Source: an uncultured Gammaproteobacteria bacterium (GTDB lineage Bacteria; Patescibacteriota; Microgenomatia; Levybacterales; GWA1-39-11). Taken from it: 64,000 nt of DNA. Below, in pieces: positions 9,370 to 19,220 of the stretch (its first letter is position 1; every line of letters starts with the position of its first letter). The notes beneath the pieces were generated by a model. The model made no database searches, was not told where the DNA came from, and worked only from the letters and a program-made list of their open reading frames with translations. The position numbers and the translations under genes are program-made. The DNA is taken from positions 12,101 through 76,100 of the forward strand of contig CAZEGF010000022.1 of assembly GCA_964511965.1 (NCBI GenBank), read 5' to 3'.

Positions 9370-10482
9370 ATGCTGGTTACAGTTCTTGCTTTCATAATAA
9401 TCCTTTCCGTTCTTGTTATCGTCCACGAATTAGGTCATTTCTTTGTTGCCAAAAAATTAGGAATTAAGGTAGAAGAATTCGGAGTTGGGTTCCCACCGAG
9501 AGCTTTCAGTCGCAAAATAGGTGAGACCGTATATTCCATTAACTGGCTTCCTGTAGGAGGGTTTGTGAAATTGTATGGTGAAGATGCAGCAGGAGGGGGT
9601 TCGGTAAGAAGCAAGCAGCAAGAAGCAAGTAGCAAGGGTGTGGATGAGGTGGAGCGGGCATATTATGCAAGACCGCTGTGGCAAAGAATGGCAGTTGTTA
9701 CTGCTGGGGTTATCATGAATGTAATTTTGGCAATTGTTGTTATCTCATTTCTCTTTGCGACACAAGGAGTTCCACTACCTACGGACAACATTATTGTCAC
9801 TGAAGTTGCGCCTAATTCACCTGCTGCAATTGCCGGCATTTTAAAAAATGACAGAATATTAAAAATTGATGGTAAGCAAATAAAAACAACAGAATTATTT
9901 ATTTCACAAACCAAAAAACTCCGCGGACAAGAAGTGACTCTTATTGTAAAAAGAGGAGACAGCGAATTTACGACAAAGTTAACTCCACGGTTAAATGCTC
10001 CGAAAAATCAGGGTGCGATGGGGGTTGCAATATCCAACATCGAAGTTAAAAAATATTCCTGGTTTGAAGCGCCCATTTTTGGGACAATTGAGGCTGCAAA
10101 ATTTTCGTGGATGATAGCAAGTGGGCTTGGCACGATGATAGTTGATTTTGTTTTGCATGGGACAAAACCACAAGGAGTAGCAGGTCCTATTGGTGTTGCG
10201 CAGCTAACTGGTGAAGCAGTAAGAGCAGGGTGGTTTGCAGTATTGTGGTTCATGGCTCTTCTTTCCCTAAATTTAGCCGTTCTTAATATCTTACCTATTC
10301 CAGCCCTTGACGGAGGTCGTTTTTTCTTTATGATAATCGAAATGCTTACTGGCAAAAAAGTAAGTCCAAAATACGAAGCATATGCTCATGGTGTTGGGCT
10401 CGTTCTCCTACTTGGTCTTATGGCGGTCGTGACATTACTTGATATAGTTAGACTTCTGCAGGGGAAAAGCATAATACCCTAA
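9370..10482 (+). CDS. rseP: RIP metalloprotease (M50, PDZ)
   Basis: HELGH, PDZ domain, NILPIPALDGG. Confidence 0.93.
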   Translation: MLVTVLAFIIILSVLVIVHELGHFFVAKKLGIKVEEFGVGFPPRAFSRKIGETVYSINWLPVGGFVKLYGEDAAGGGSVRSKQQEASSKGVDEVERAYYARPLWQRMAVVTAGVIMNVILAIVVISFLFATQGVPLPTDNIIVTEVAPNSPAAIAGILKNDRILKIDGKQIKTTELFISQTKKLRGQEVTLIVKRGDSEFTTKLTPRLNAPKNQGAMGVAISNIEVKKYSWFEAPIFGTIEAAKFSWMIASGLGTMIVDFVLHGTKPQGVAGPIGVAQLTGEAVRAGWFAVLWFMALLSLNLAVLNILPIPALDGGRFFFMIIEMLTGKKVSPKYEAYAHGVGLVLLLGLMAVVTLLDIVRLLQGKSIIP

Positions 10483-10536
10483 ATTGAAACTTGAGAGTTG
10501 AGATTTGAGAATTGAGAGACTATACTTTTTAAAATC

Positions 10537-11100
10537 ATGGATCAACAAATACAATCAGCAACAAAGCAACGCATGGAGCGGGCCCTTCAGGTCCTCAAAG
10601 ATGATTTTGGAACCGTAAAGACCGGTAAAGCAAATCCTCAACTTGTTGAAAATATAGTTATCAAAGCATATGGAGGATCGGCGATGCTTAAAGTAAATGA
10701 GCTTGCAACAATTCATGTGCAGGATGCATCGACGGTTGTAATTACTCCCTTTGACCATTCGGTAATTGGGGACATAGAACGCGGCATTTTCGACTCACAA
10801 ATGGGGCTTGGAATATCGGTTGATGGGAGTATTATCAGAATTACCGTTCCACCTTTGACTCAAGAACGTCGTGAAGAATTTGTAAAACTTGTTCATAAAA
10901 AAGCAGAGAATGGAAAAATTATGATCAGGCAAGCGAGAGCCGAATCAAATGATGAAATAGGAAAAATGAAAAAAAATAATGAGATTACAGAGGATGATGA
11001 AAAGAGGTTGGAAAAGGAAGTACAGAAATTAACGGACGAATATGTTGAAAAGATTGATGAGATAGAGAAAATGAAAGAGCAAGAGTTAATGACAGTATAA
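10537..11100 (+). CDS. frr: Ribosome recycling factor
   Basis: VKTGKANP, PPLTQERR, KEQELMTV. Confidence 0.96.
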   Translation: MDQQIQSATKQRMERALQVLKDDFGTVKTGKANPQLVENIVIKAYGGSAMLKVNELATIHVQDASTVVITPFDHSVIGDIERGIFDSQMGLGISVDGSIIRITVPPLTQERREEFVKLVHKKAENGKIMIRQARAESNDEIGKMKKNNEITEDDEKRLEKEVQKLTDEYVEKIDEIEKMKEQELMTV

Positions 11101-11186
11101 CTTCAGGAAATAGTAACTAGTGACTAGCAAATAGGTTCTGATATGAATAAACCTAGTTACTAATTACTAATCCCTATTTTACTATT

Positions 11187-11804
11187 ATGCGAATTCCAAA
11201 AGCATTAGAGCGTGTTGTAGAAAGTTTTGAGCGTCTTCCCGGTATTGGCCCTAAGTCGGCGCAACGATTGGGATTTTATTTACTGCATGTTCCCCAAAGT
11301 GATCTAGAAGATTTTGCCGACGCGCTTATAAATCTTAAGAAAAATACGAAAATGTGTGCGATTTGTTTTAATATCGGGACTACTGAACTTTGTGATGTAT
11401 GTGCAGATCCGGAGCGTGACAATGGAACTATTTGTGTAGTTGAAGATACTCTAGACGTTCTGGCATTTGAAAAGTCAGACAAATATAAAGGGGTATATCA
11501 CGTATTGCATGGAGTTGTTGATCCATTAAATTCTATCGGACCGGATGACATTTATATTCCACAACTGATGAAGAGGATCAAGCAGCAAGCAGCAAGTGGT
11601 AAGCAAATAGAAGAAATTATTATAGCTACAAATCCCACGATGGAGGGAGAAGCAACAGCTATGTATATTGTGAAAGGTATGAAGAACGAGGAATTAGGGA
11701 TTAAGATCAGTAGAATTGGGAGAGGATTGCCGGTCGGTGCAGATATTGAATATGCGGATGAAGTGACATTGGGTCGAGCTTTGGAAGGAAGAAGCGAATA
11801 CTAA
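11187..11804 (+). CDS. recR: Recombination mediator RecR
   Basis: LPGIGPKSAQR, C4 zinc finger, TOPRIM ATNPTMEGEATA. Confidence 0.97.
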   Translation: MRIPKALERVVESFERLPGIGPKSAQRLGFYLLHVPQSDLEDFADALINLKKNTKMCAICFNIGTTELCDVCADPERDNGTICVVEDTLDVLAFEKSDKYKGVYHVLHGVVDPLNSIGPDDIYIPQLMKRIKQQAASGKQIEEIIIATNPTMEGEATAMYIVKGMKNEELGIKISRIGRGLPVGADIEYADEVTLGRALEGRSEY

Positions 11805-13415
11805 CTAACTTTGGCCATCTGTTCCGGTCGGGGCAAGTGGAGATGCTCCTGGAAAAGCAATGACGTTAGATGGAGCTTCACCTGCAGTTGCTTGAGTACC
11901 TCCAAGTGAATCCAGTCCTGTTGCTGGTGCTGATTCGGAAACTGATTGTTGCGCTTCACCTGGGAAAGCGAGTACGTTATTTACTTCTTTTGAATTTGGA
12001 ACAATTTCCAGCTTTGGAGTTTGTGGTAGACCTGCAGCGAGTGGGCTTGAGCCATCAACCATCCCTGGTCCAGTAGCAGAAGCATTTGGATCTGTTGGTG
12101 ACATACCACCGGGAACTGCAGTTACCGGAGCGGTTGGATCAACATCAGTGTTAGCAGTAGCTACAGCGGCATCAGCGACTTCACCGGTTGTAGCTGGTTC
12201 TGATCCGGTTTCAATTGGGATATCGTGGCCAACTTCTTCACTACTGTTTAATGCTTCAGTGGTAAAAGGTGGTTTGTCTGCTGCAGCAGCAGCACCATCT
12301 GCCATTGCTTTTCCTAATGCATCTCCATCAACTGCAGCATCTCCACTAACAACAGGGGCATCAGGATGTGATGCAGTCCCATCGACTGACCAATCAGGAG
12401 GAGCTTGCATTCCATCAGCGACAGCTCCCGGACCAGCATGAACAGCTTCATCATTTGCATCAGCGGATTGAATTGGTGCTTCAGGTTCTTCAACGTGAGT
12501 TTCTGCAACTGGTTCTACCGCTGGAACAGAGGCAACAGGAGTAGTTGTGACATCAGCAACAGATTCGACTGGAGTAGTGGTCGGAGCATCAGGAAGTGTG
12601 CTTTCCTCTTGCGCAGGTTCAGCAGTTGCGCTAGGTGTAAATTCTGCAGGCTTGTCTTCAGTAGTTACTTGGGCAACAGGTTCTGCAATTGATTCTTCTG
12701 CTTCAGCCATAGGTTCAACGGGTGGCTGAGGTACAACTTCCGGTTGAGATGTTCCAAGACTTGGTGCATCTGATGCAACAACTTCTGCTGGAGCAGGTGA
12801 AGATGCGACCACTCCGCCATTTTCTGGACTTGAAATAGAATTTTGGAATGGAACACCAGTCGCAACACCGGCAGCTGTTGCATCAGGTGTTGAGAGTCCA
12901 GCGTAATTATTCTCAGGTGTTGTTGCAGTGGGTGCTTCAAACTTTGGAGCAGAGGCACCATCTGCCGTCGCTCCATTAAGGTTTGCTACATCTGGAGTTT
13001 GAAGTGTCCCATTGCCTGTTGGTATCAAATGATCAGGTGGGGTCGCAACAGCTGCAACTTCTGGCTTTTTACTTTTAAGACCCATTCCTTCCAGTGCTCC
13101 ACCAATAACTTTTCCAAACAAACCTCGTCTTTGTTCGGTCACTGGTGGTTGGTTTTGAACATCTTTCTTCTCTTCAACCATTGCGTTGTGGGTTGCTATT
13201 ATTTCAGGTGTTTGAGGTGTACCAACAGGTTCAAGTCCTGTTAAGACAGCCGGATGTTCTCCTGTTGCCTCCATATCTTGAGTAAGAGTAGTCGATTGTG
13301 CATTCGGATCAGAAGGAGCAGCAACAGACGCTTCGGCAGCAGAACTTGGGGGTACTACACCGTCAACTGGTTGAACACTAGAATTAATATTAGGGGATTC
13401 CGGTTGAATATCCAT
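11805..13415 (-). CDS. Acidic Pro/Ala-rich, probably disordered protein
   Basis: 536-aa low-complexity ORF; TTGACA-N17-TAACTT promoter directly upstream. Confidence 0.75.
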   Translation of the reverse strand: MDIQPESPNINSSVQPVDGVVPPSSAAEASVAAPSDPNAQSTTLTQDMEATGEHPAVLTGLEPVGTPQTPEIIATHNAMVEEKKDVQNQPPVTEQRRGLFGKVIGGALEGMGLKSKKPEVAAVATPPDHLIPTGNGTLQTPDVANLNGATADGASAPKFEAPTATTPENNYAGLSTPDATAAGVATGVPFQNSISSPENGGVVASSPAPAEVVASDAPSLGTSQPEVVPQPPVEPMAEAEESIAEPVAQVTTEDKPAEFTPSATAEPAQEESTLPDAPTTTPVESVADVTTTPVASVPAVEPVAETHVEEPEAPIQSADANDEAVHAGPGAVADGMQAPPDWSVDGTASHPDAPVVSGDAAVDGDALGKAMADGAAAAADKPPFTTEALNSSEEVGHDIPIETGSEPATTGEVADAAVATANTDVDPTAPVTAVPGGMSPTDPNASATGPGMVDGSSPLAAGLPQTPKLEIVPNSKEVNNVLAFPGEAQQSVSESAPATGLDSLGGTQATAGEAPSNVIAFPGASPLAPTGTDGQS

Positions 13416-13449
13416 TACAAACTAAGTTACAGGAAAACGGGTTGGATTG

Positions 13450-14196
13450 TCAAGAGTTTTTGCCTTTTTTCCATAGGGCATTTTGTAATAAAACGCCATA
13501 AACATCGGTCTCAGGGTCTATAGAAAGAAGTTTTAATTCCTCCTCTGTCGGATTTCTGTCTTGAAAATTAACAAATGAAATATCCGTAACAACAGCAAGT
13601 GGGGTTTGATTTGCGCCTTCACCCATAACAACTACTGCAGCAGCGGCAATTCCTTCCATAACTCCAACTTGAGTCATTTTTAAAATCCTCCCAAAAATAT
13701 CTGGTGTACCAACGTGGTTATTAAGTGCCAAAAATCCACTATGAGCGATCCCAATTCCCGTTATTCCATATCGTAGTGGTGTGGTTTTACTGTCTGTTAT
13801 CAAAACTCCAACATTTTTTATATTATGTTTTTGAACCAGATGTTCTCTTATTTTATTTGCACTATCTTGAGGATTTTTTGGCCATAATACATATCCGTCA
13901 ATTGTATTTGATTCGTCTATTCCGGCGTTTACTGCCAATATATTATTTTTTAAAGTTACTATTAGTTGGAATGAATTTGTTTCTTTCGGAAGATATTTGT
14001 CAGCTTGTGAGATGACCAAGCTTTCCTTATCAATAGAATCCATGGCAACTGTGTTACCCTCACAAAGTGAGACTATTTTACTCGTAATAACGAGAATGGA
14101 ATTTTCAGAAAGAGTAGGGACATATTGATCAATTATTTTAAGTATGTCATTGTCTTTCACCGTTATTTTGTGTGTTTTGATTGGTACAATATTCAT
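13450..14196 (-). CDS. CofE-family gamma-glutamyl ligase (F420-0:Glu ligase / FolC2-like)
   Basis: ITSKIVSLCEG, NAGIDESN, ITDSKTTPLR, MGEGANQTP. Confidence 0.88.
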   Translation of the reverse strand: MNIVPIKTHKITVKDNDILKIIDQYVPTLSENSILVITSKIVSLCEGNTVAMDSIDKESLVISQADKYLPKETNSFQLIVTLKNNILAVNAGIDESNTIDGYVLWPKNPQDSANKIREHLVQKHNIKNVGVLITDSKTTPLRYGITGIGIAHSGFLALNNHVGTPDIFGRILKMTQVGVMEGIAAAAVVVMGEGANQTPLAVVTDISFVNFQDRNPTEEELKLLSIDPETDVYGVLLQNALWKKGKNS

Positions 14197-14203
14197 TTGA
14201 ATT

Positions 14204-15307
14204 TTAAAATCTTGGAACTAAAATATTTTTTGTATCGATAAGATCGTATTTGAAGAGGATATTAGATAAAATCGGAGATTTAGTTGCATAAAGTAATTTT
14301 CTTGGATATTTTTCCGCTCTCAGATTTTCAATTTCATGGTATCCCAATAAATAACACGCATCTTTTGGAAATCCTCCCGGGCGGGATGTATCGCGCATAC
14401 CTCTTTTAACACGATACGTCATAATAAAGGCTCTTTGAGGACTTAGATTTTGTGACAATATTTCATAAATCTCAACAAAACTCTTATCGATATTTCTCAC
14501 AGCTTTTATCCGATGGAAATACATTTCAAAAGCACTTGGAGTAATTTTTCTTGTTATGATTTCATTATATATAGCAAGCCCTTCGCTATATAAATTTTGG
14601 TTTCCATATTTTGTAAATTCAGTAAGAAGAGTTGATGAATTTTTTATATTTTCAGTTTGAATGGCATGTGATTCTATTTCATGGACTACGAGCCGATCTA
14701 CATTACATTCAAATCTCTTAATTTCGCTTCCTATTACTATTGTATTATAACCAACCCCAATCATGTGCGGAGCAAAGCTATTAATCTTAACGGTAAAGCT
14801 ATTAATATTATATTTTCGAAGAGCTTTTTCAAATCTTTCTTTTATTTTTTGCGCATCTTTTATTTTATGTTTTATATGCATCTTAAATTCTACATTCGGA
14901 GTATTTGCTAGCAACAAATCTAACCGGTCGGTTCCCCAATTATAAAGTTTATGAACGATTTCGGAAAAATCATCTTCTCCGATTGACAATTTTGTATGAT
15001 ATAAATCAATTTGATTATCTAAAAATTCCAAGATATGTTGTTTGAGATCCTCAGGAATTTTCAAAGAATCAACTCTTAATTTAAAATTATCAATTATTTC
15101 AGGGATATTTGGAAGCTCCTGTTTTTTGTAAATGTATTGTGGATTATAAGAATGGTTTTCAAAGAATTTTGCCATCTCCTCAGAATAATTGAGAGGTGTG
15201 AGAGAAACGTTTCCTAGGCGAAGAGAATTTTTAATTCCTATGATTTCGCGGGCTAATAATTCTAACTTTTCTCTATCCGGAAAAGAATGCATTTGAGATG
15301 ATTTCAT
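14204..15307 (-). CDS. DUF1704 / MATCAP-like zinc carboxypeptidase
   Basis: HEIESH, SEGLA, RVKRG, FPKDACYLLG. Confidence 0.8.
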   Translation of the reverse strand: MKSSQMHSFPDREKLELLAREIIGIKNSLRLGNVSLTPLNYSEEMAKFFENHSYNPQYIYKKQELPNIPEIIDNFKLRVDSLKIPEDLKQHILEFLDNQIDLYHTKLSIGEDDFSEIVHKLYNWGTDRLDLLLANTPNVEFKMHIKHKIKDAQKIKERFEKALRKYNINSFTVKINSFAPHMIGVGYNTIVIGSEIKRFECNVDRLVVHEIESHAIQTENIKNSSTLLTEFTKYGNQNLYSEGLAIYNEIITRKITPSAFEMYFHRIKAVRNIDKSFVEIYEILSQNLSPQRAFIMTYRVKRGMRDTSRPGGFPKDACYLLGYHEIENLRAEKYPRKLLYATKSPILSNILFKYDLIDTKNILVPRF

Positions 15308-15626
15308 GAACTCCTATGTTACCATTCAAGGCTAAAATTGTCTAATTCACGCAGACTGCCCGAAGGGTATATGAATTGAAAATTGAGATTTAAGACTTGA
15401 GAATTGTTTTTGTACAAATAATAGCAACGAATCAAGGGTTTTATATAAATAAAAAATAACAAAACATATTCGCATTTTTGGTGTATATTTTGCACAGAAA
15501 AAGAATGTTTTAAACTACAATAACTTCTAGCTAATATCTATTAGATAATAGAATGTGCGGGGATAAAATTACCGCAATGATTCATTTTTTAAATAGATCA
15601 TAATAGCTCAGGGTTTAGTTGTTAGC

Positions 15627-15666
15627 GTTTAAGCGAAGCTTGACCCTTGTGGGATAGGGTTTAGTT
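15627..15666. repeat. 40-bp dispersed repeat, copy 2
   Basis: 39/40 identical to 232-271. Confidence 0.9.
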
Positions 15667-15722
15667 GCTCCGTTATTAAGCAATGCTTGTGTGTGAGTCT
15701 ATACATGCATATAATTAGTAAC

Positions 15723-17285
15723 ATGCAGTTGAATAAATTCTCAGAAAATCTTATTCATCTTTTCGAGAAGGCAAAAGAAGTACCGCTTGAAAGTGCCAAT
15801 ATTATAAATCCCCTCGTATCCGAGCTTGCTTCCTGGTACGAAAAATTCAGAAATTCTATCGAATACCGTGACGAGGAAGTAATTCTCAGAGCATCAATTG
15901 AGAGAATCTTAAAAAGAAGACTAGCTCTTGGTGGGACTGGAGCAACCGCTGCAAAGCCACTACTTAAAGAGCTAGTGTGGGCACGGTATTTTCCGGAGAG
16001 TTTGTACACTGAGGAGACGATAAACAATATCGAAAAAATTATAAATTTTTATCTCCAACTAAAAAATGAAATCGTAAAAAACCATATCCTAAAAGAAGGA
16101 GAGATGCGGAATCTCATGTTTCAATTAATGTCATCTGATGTAGAGCAAACACTCCATCCAAATAAAGTAGAGGAAGCAGTCGGCAACTATATATTTTATG
16201 TTTTGCAGCACAATATCACAATTGATGAGGGGATGGAGGAGGAAAGGGATGTTCAGTTGTTTATAGCTATCAGACGTGCGTATTCAAAAGACGATCTTGC
16301 TTTTCTAAGATTCAAGCTTTACACACAATACTTTGGGAAGATGAGTTTTCAAGAACCGGCATCTGTTGCAGAAAAATTTGTTGACGCACATACACAAATA
16401 GAAAAACAGCTAACTCATCCGGCTCGTTTTAAAATTTTGTCATATGTTAAAAGACAAATCCCACCTTTTCTTATTATGGAAGATATATTTGCGAGTAACG
16501 AAAACATTCGAGAACTGGCCCAAAACGAGCAAGAATTAAATGATAATGTATTGGCAGCTTGCAAGAAAAAATATAAAACAATTTCTGAGAAAGTGAGACG
16601 TGCAATTATACGAAGTGTAATATTTATTTTACTTTCAAAAACATTAATTGCTTTTGGCATTGAAGGAACATATGAAAGAATTTTTCTGGGACACGTTCAA
16701 TGGTTAACGCTTGCTTTAAATGTTGCGATTCCAACTCTTTTTATGATTGTTGTTGGATTTTCAATAAGAACACCTGGTGATAAAAACTCTAGACTAATTT
16801 TATCCAGAATCCATGCACTTTTATTTGATGAAATGCCAAAGGTAGGACGTTCAATTGTTTTTCCACTTCCTGACAGTAAAAAACCACAAACCGTTATGGA
16901 ATGGGTATTTGGTATTTTATGGGTGACTGCATTTCTTTTAAGCTTTGGTGCTGTTTCATTGGGTCTTTCACTTTTGCATTTTAGTGTGGTCAGTCAAATG
17001 ATATTTATATTCTTCTTAGCAATAGTAAGTTTCTTGGCTTACCGAATAAATATAACTGCACACGAATATAGTGTTGAGAGTAGACAAGGAATACTTACTC
17101 CAATTGTCGACTTTTTCTTCATGCCAATTGCCCGAGTTGGACAATATCTGACCGCAGGAATTTCTCAAATAAATATTTTCTTATTTATTTTAGACTTTAT
17201 TATTGAGGCGCCTTACAAAGGGTTGGTTGCTTTCTTTGATCAGTGGTTTTTCTTCTTACACTCCAAGCGGGAAGAGATAGGATAG
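15723..17285 (+). CDS. Hypothetical membrane protein
   Basis: Long ORF with several C-terminal TM helices; start set at the ATG 7 nt after TATAAT. Confidence 0.8.
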   Translation: MQLNKFSENLIHLFEKAKEVPLESANIINPLVSELASWYEKFRNSIEYRDEEVILRASIERILKRRLALGGTGATAAKPLLKELVWARYFPESLYTEETINNIEKIINFYLQLKNEIVKNHILKEGEMRNLMFQLMSSDVEQTLHPNKVEEAVGNYIFYVLQHNITIDEGMEEERDVQLFIAIRRAYSKDDLAFLRFKLYTQYFGKMSFQEPASVAEKFVDAHTQIEKQLTHPARFKILSYVKRQIPPFLIMEDIFASNENIRELAQNEQELNDNVLAACKKKYKTISEKVRRAIIRSVIFILLSKTLIAFGIEGTYERIFLGHVQWLTLALNVAIPTLFMIVVGFSIRTPGDKNSRLILSRIHALLFDEMPKVGRSIVFPLPDSKKPQTVMEWVFGILWVTAFLLSFGAVSLGLSLLHFSVVSQMIFIFFLAIVSFLAYRINITAHEYSVESRQGILTPIVDFFFMPIARVGQYLTAGISQINIFLFILDFIIEAPYKGLVAFFDQWFFFLHSKREEIG

Positions 17286-17292
17286 GAACACT

Positions 17293-17387
17293 AGTTTTCA
17301 ATTTTCAGTTCACAGTTTCCAATTAGTTTTCATTTAATTAATTTTCAATGAGAACTAACTGAGAATTGAGAAATTGTAACTGGAAAC
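17293..17387. repeat. ~90-bp heptamer-periodic element, left copy
   Basis: Near reverse complement of 18120-18209. Confidence 0.8.
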
Positions 17388-17726
17388 TCATTTGATTTCG
17401 AGGAGTTCAACTTCGAATATGAGATCGGCAAGTGGTGGGATAACATCCCCGGCACCTTCTTCTCCATACCCTAAAGTATATGGAATATATAATTTTCTTT
17501 TTCCGCCTTTTTTCATCCCTGGGACTCCTTTGTCCCAACCGGCAATAACATGACCAACACCGATTTTTGTTTGGAATGGAGCACCCCGGTCTACTGAACT
17601 GTCAAATTTTTCACCATCATCAAACGTACCGGTATAATGAATAACAACGGTGTCACCTGCTTTAACGGCAGGACCAGTTCCCTCAACTATTTCTTCGATC
17701 TTAAATTCTGTGACATTAGTTTTCAT
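17388..17726 (-). CDS. FKBP-type peptidyl-prolyl isomerase
   Basis: HYTG, FDSSVDRG, VIAGWDKG, LIFEVELL. Confidence 0.96.
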   Translation of the reverse strand: MKTNVTEFKIEEIVEGTGPAVKAGDTVVIHYTGTFDDGEKFDSSVDRGAPFQTKIGVGHVIAGWDKGVPGMKKGGKRKLYIPYTLGYGEEGAGDVIPPLADLIFEVELLEIK

Positions 17727-17775
17727 GAGACTTAATTATAAATTAACTAAACGCTAAACGCTAATAGCTAAACGC

Positions 17776-18066
17776 TTATTTTACTCCTACGAAATCAATG
17801 CGGGGGAGAAAGGCACGTATCTGATCCCAGAATTTGTCAGAAAGTCCCGTTGAAAATTTTGAATACTGTCCTTTATCTTGTTGGGAGGTTAATTTCCTTT
17901 CGTATTCACGAATAATATCAACGACTTTTGCACCTTTTTCATTGAACTCTTTTTTAAAAGTTTCTTCATCTTCAACAAATTTGTCATGAACTTCTTTGAA
18001 ATCAAGCATTGTGTCTCGATGCTCTTCCATCATTTCCAAAAATAGTTGGCGGTACTTAGCTGACAT
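17776..18066 (-). CDS. Small helical hypothetical protein
   Basis: Start moved to MSAKY; the upstream extension runs through a promoter-like AT-rich stretch into the repeat. Confidence 0.7.
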   Translation of the reverse strand: MSAKYRQLFLEMMEEHRDTMLDFKEVHDKFVEDEETFKKEFNEKGAKVVDIIREYERKLTSQQDKGQYSKFSTGLSDKFWDQIRAFLPRIDFVGVK

Positions 18067-18119
18067 TTCTGAAATATTAAATTGAAATATGTAAATAGTC
18101 AAGAGTATTGATAAGTTAT

Positions 18120-18209
18120 CAGTTCTCAATTTACAATTCACAGTTAATTCTCAATGAAAATTAATTAAATGAAATCTAATTGAAAACTGGAAACTGAAAA
18201 ATGGAAACT
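18120..18209. repeat. ~90-bp heptamer-periodic element, right copy (inverted)
   Basis: Reverse complement aligns with 17293-17382. Confidence 0.8.
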
Positions 18210-18237
18210 TATATAAATAAACTGTATAATTGAACTC

Positions 18238-19146
18238 ATGAAATATCAGATATTACTTTGGTATAAGTATGTTCCTATTGAAAATCCCGTGCACGAAATG
18301 CGGGAGCAGAGGAGGTTATGCGAAAAATTAAATCTTAAAGGAAGAATTATTTTGGCTGATGAGGGGATTAATGGAACAGTTGAGGGGACAATATCAGCAA
18401 CCGAGAAATACATAAAAACAATTGAACAAGACCCACGTTTTTCCGGAATTCACTGGAAAAAATCAACTGGTACTGGTAGTGCTTTTCCAAAACTCTCTAT
18501 TAAAGTTCGCGAGGAAATTGTCAGCATGCATTTACATGAAAATGACCTGAAACCATGGAGTGTGACGGGAAAATATTTGTCACCAGAAGAACTACATAAA
18601 TGGTTTGAAAATAAGGAGGAGTTCTATATTGTGGACATGCGTAATGATTACGAGCACCAATCCGGATATTTTGAAGGATCAATTTTGCCACCTTTAACTA
18701 ACTACCGTGATTTACCAAAATTACTTCCGATGCTAAAAGATCTGAAAGACAAAAAAGTATTGACCGTTTGCACCGGCGGAGTGAGATGTGAGAAGGCGTC
18801 AGGATTTTTGGTCAGTAATGGATTTTCTGATGTATACCAACTCCAGGGTGGAATCGTAAGCTATATGGAAAAATATCCAAACGAGCATTTCAAAGGAAAG
18901 TTATATGTATTTGATCAAAGGATACTCATGGGTTTTAATACAACAGACGCTGCTCATGAAATTGTTGGGAAGTGTGAACGCTGTTTGAAACCCTCCGAAA
19001 ACTATATTAATTGCGACACTATTGGTTGTCACAGACACTTTATTTTGTGTGAAAATTGCATTGAAGAATTTGGAAAAATATGTCCAGAAGGTTGTCAATA
19101 TGCCCGGCGCAAACAAAGAGAAAACCCCGTCCACACTAATAGTTGA
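18238..19146 (+). CDS. trhO: tRNA U34 hydroxylase TrhO (YceA/UPF0176 rhodanese)
   Basis: EGINGT, DMRNDYE, CTGGVRCEKAS, GKLYVFDQR. Confidence 0.9.
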   Translation: MKYQILLWYKYVPIENPVHEMREQRRLCEKLNLKGRIILADEGINGTVEGTISATEKYIKTIEQDPRFSGIHWKKSTGTGSAFPKLSIKVREEIVSMHLHENDLKPWSVTGKYLSPEELHKWFENKEEFYIVDMRNDYEHQSGYFEGSILPPLTNYRDLPKLLPMLKDLKDKKVLTVCTGGVRCEKASGFLVSNGFSDVYQLQGGIVSYMEKYPNEHFKGKLYVFDQRILMGFNTTDAAHEIVGKCERCLKPSENYINCDTIGCHRHFILCENCIEEFGKICPEGCQYARRKQRENPVHTNS

Positions 19147-19220
19147 TAAATTGAGAGTTGAGATTTGATATTTGAGAATAGTAAAATAAGTATTCCAGAA
19201 AGCGAATCCCCGGTTTTTAT

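Noticed and set aside
8859-11100. Short EF-Ts and missing pyrH as novelties
   Set aside because: Short EF-Ts forms are well known, and loss or relocation of pyrH is unsurprising in reduced genomes
15308-15686. Replication origin or dif site in the AT-rich gap
   Set aside because: No DnaA-box cluster or dif consensus seen
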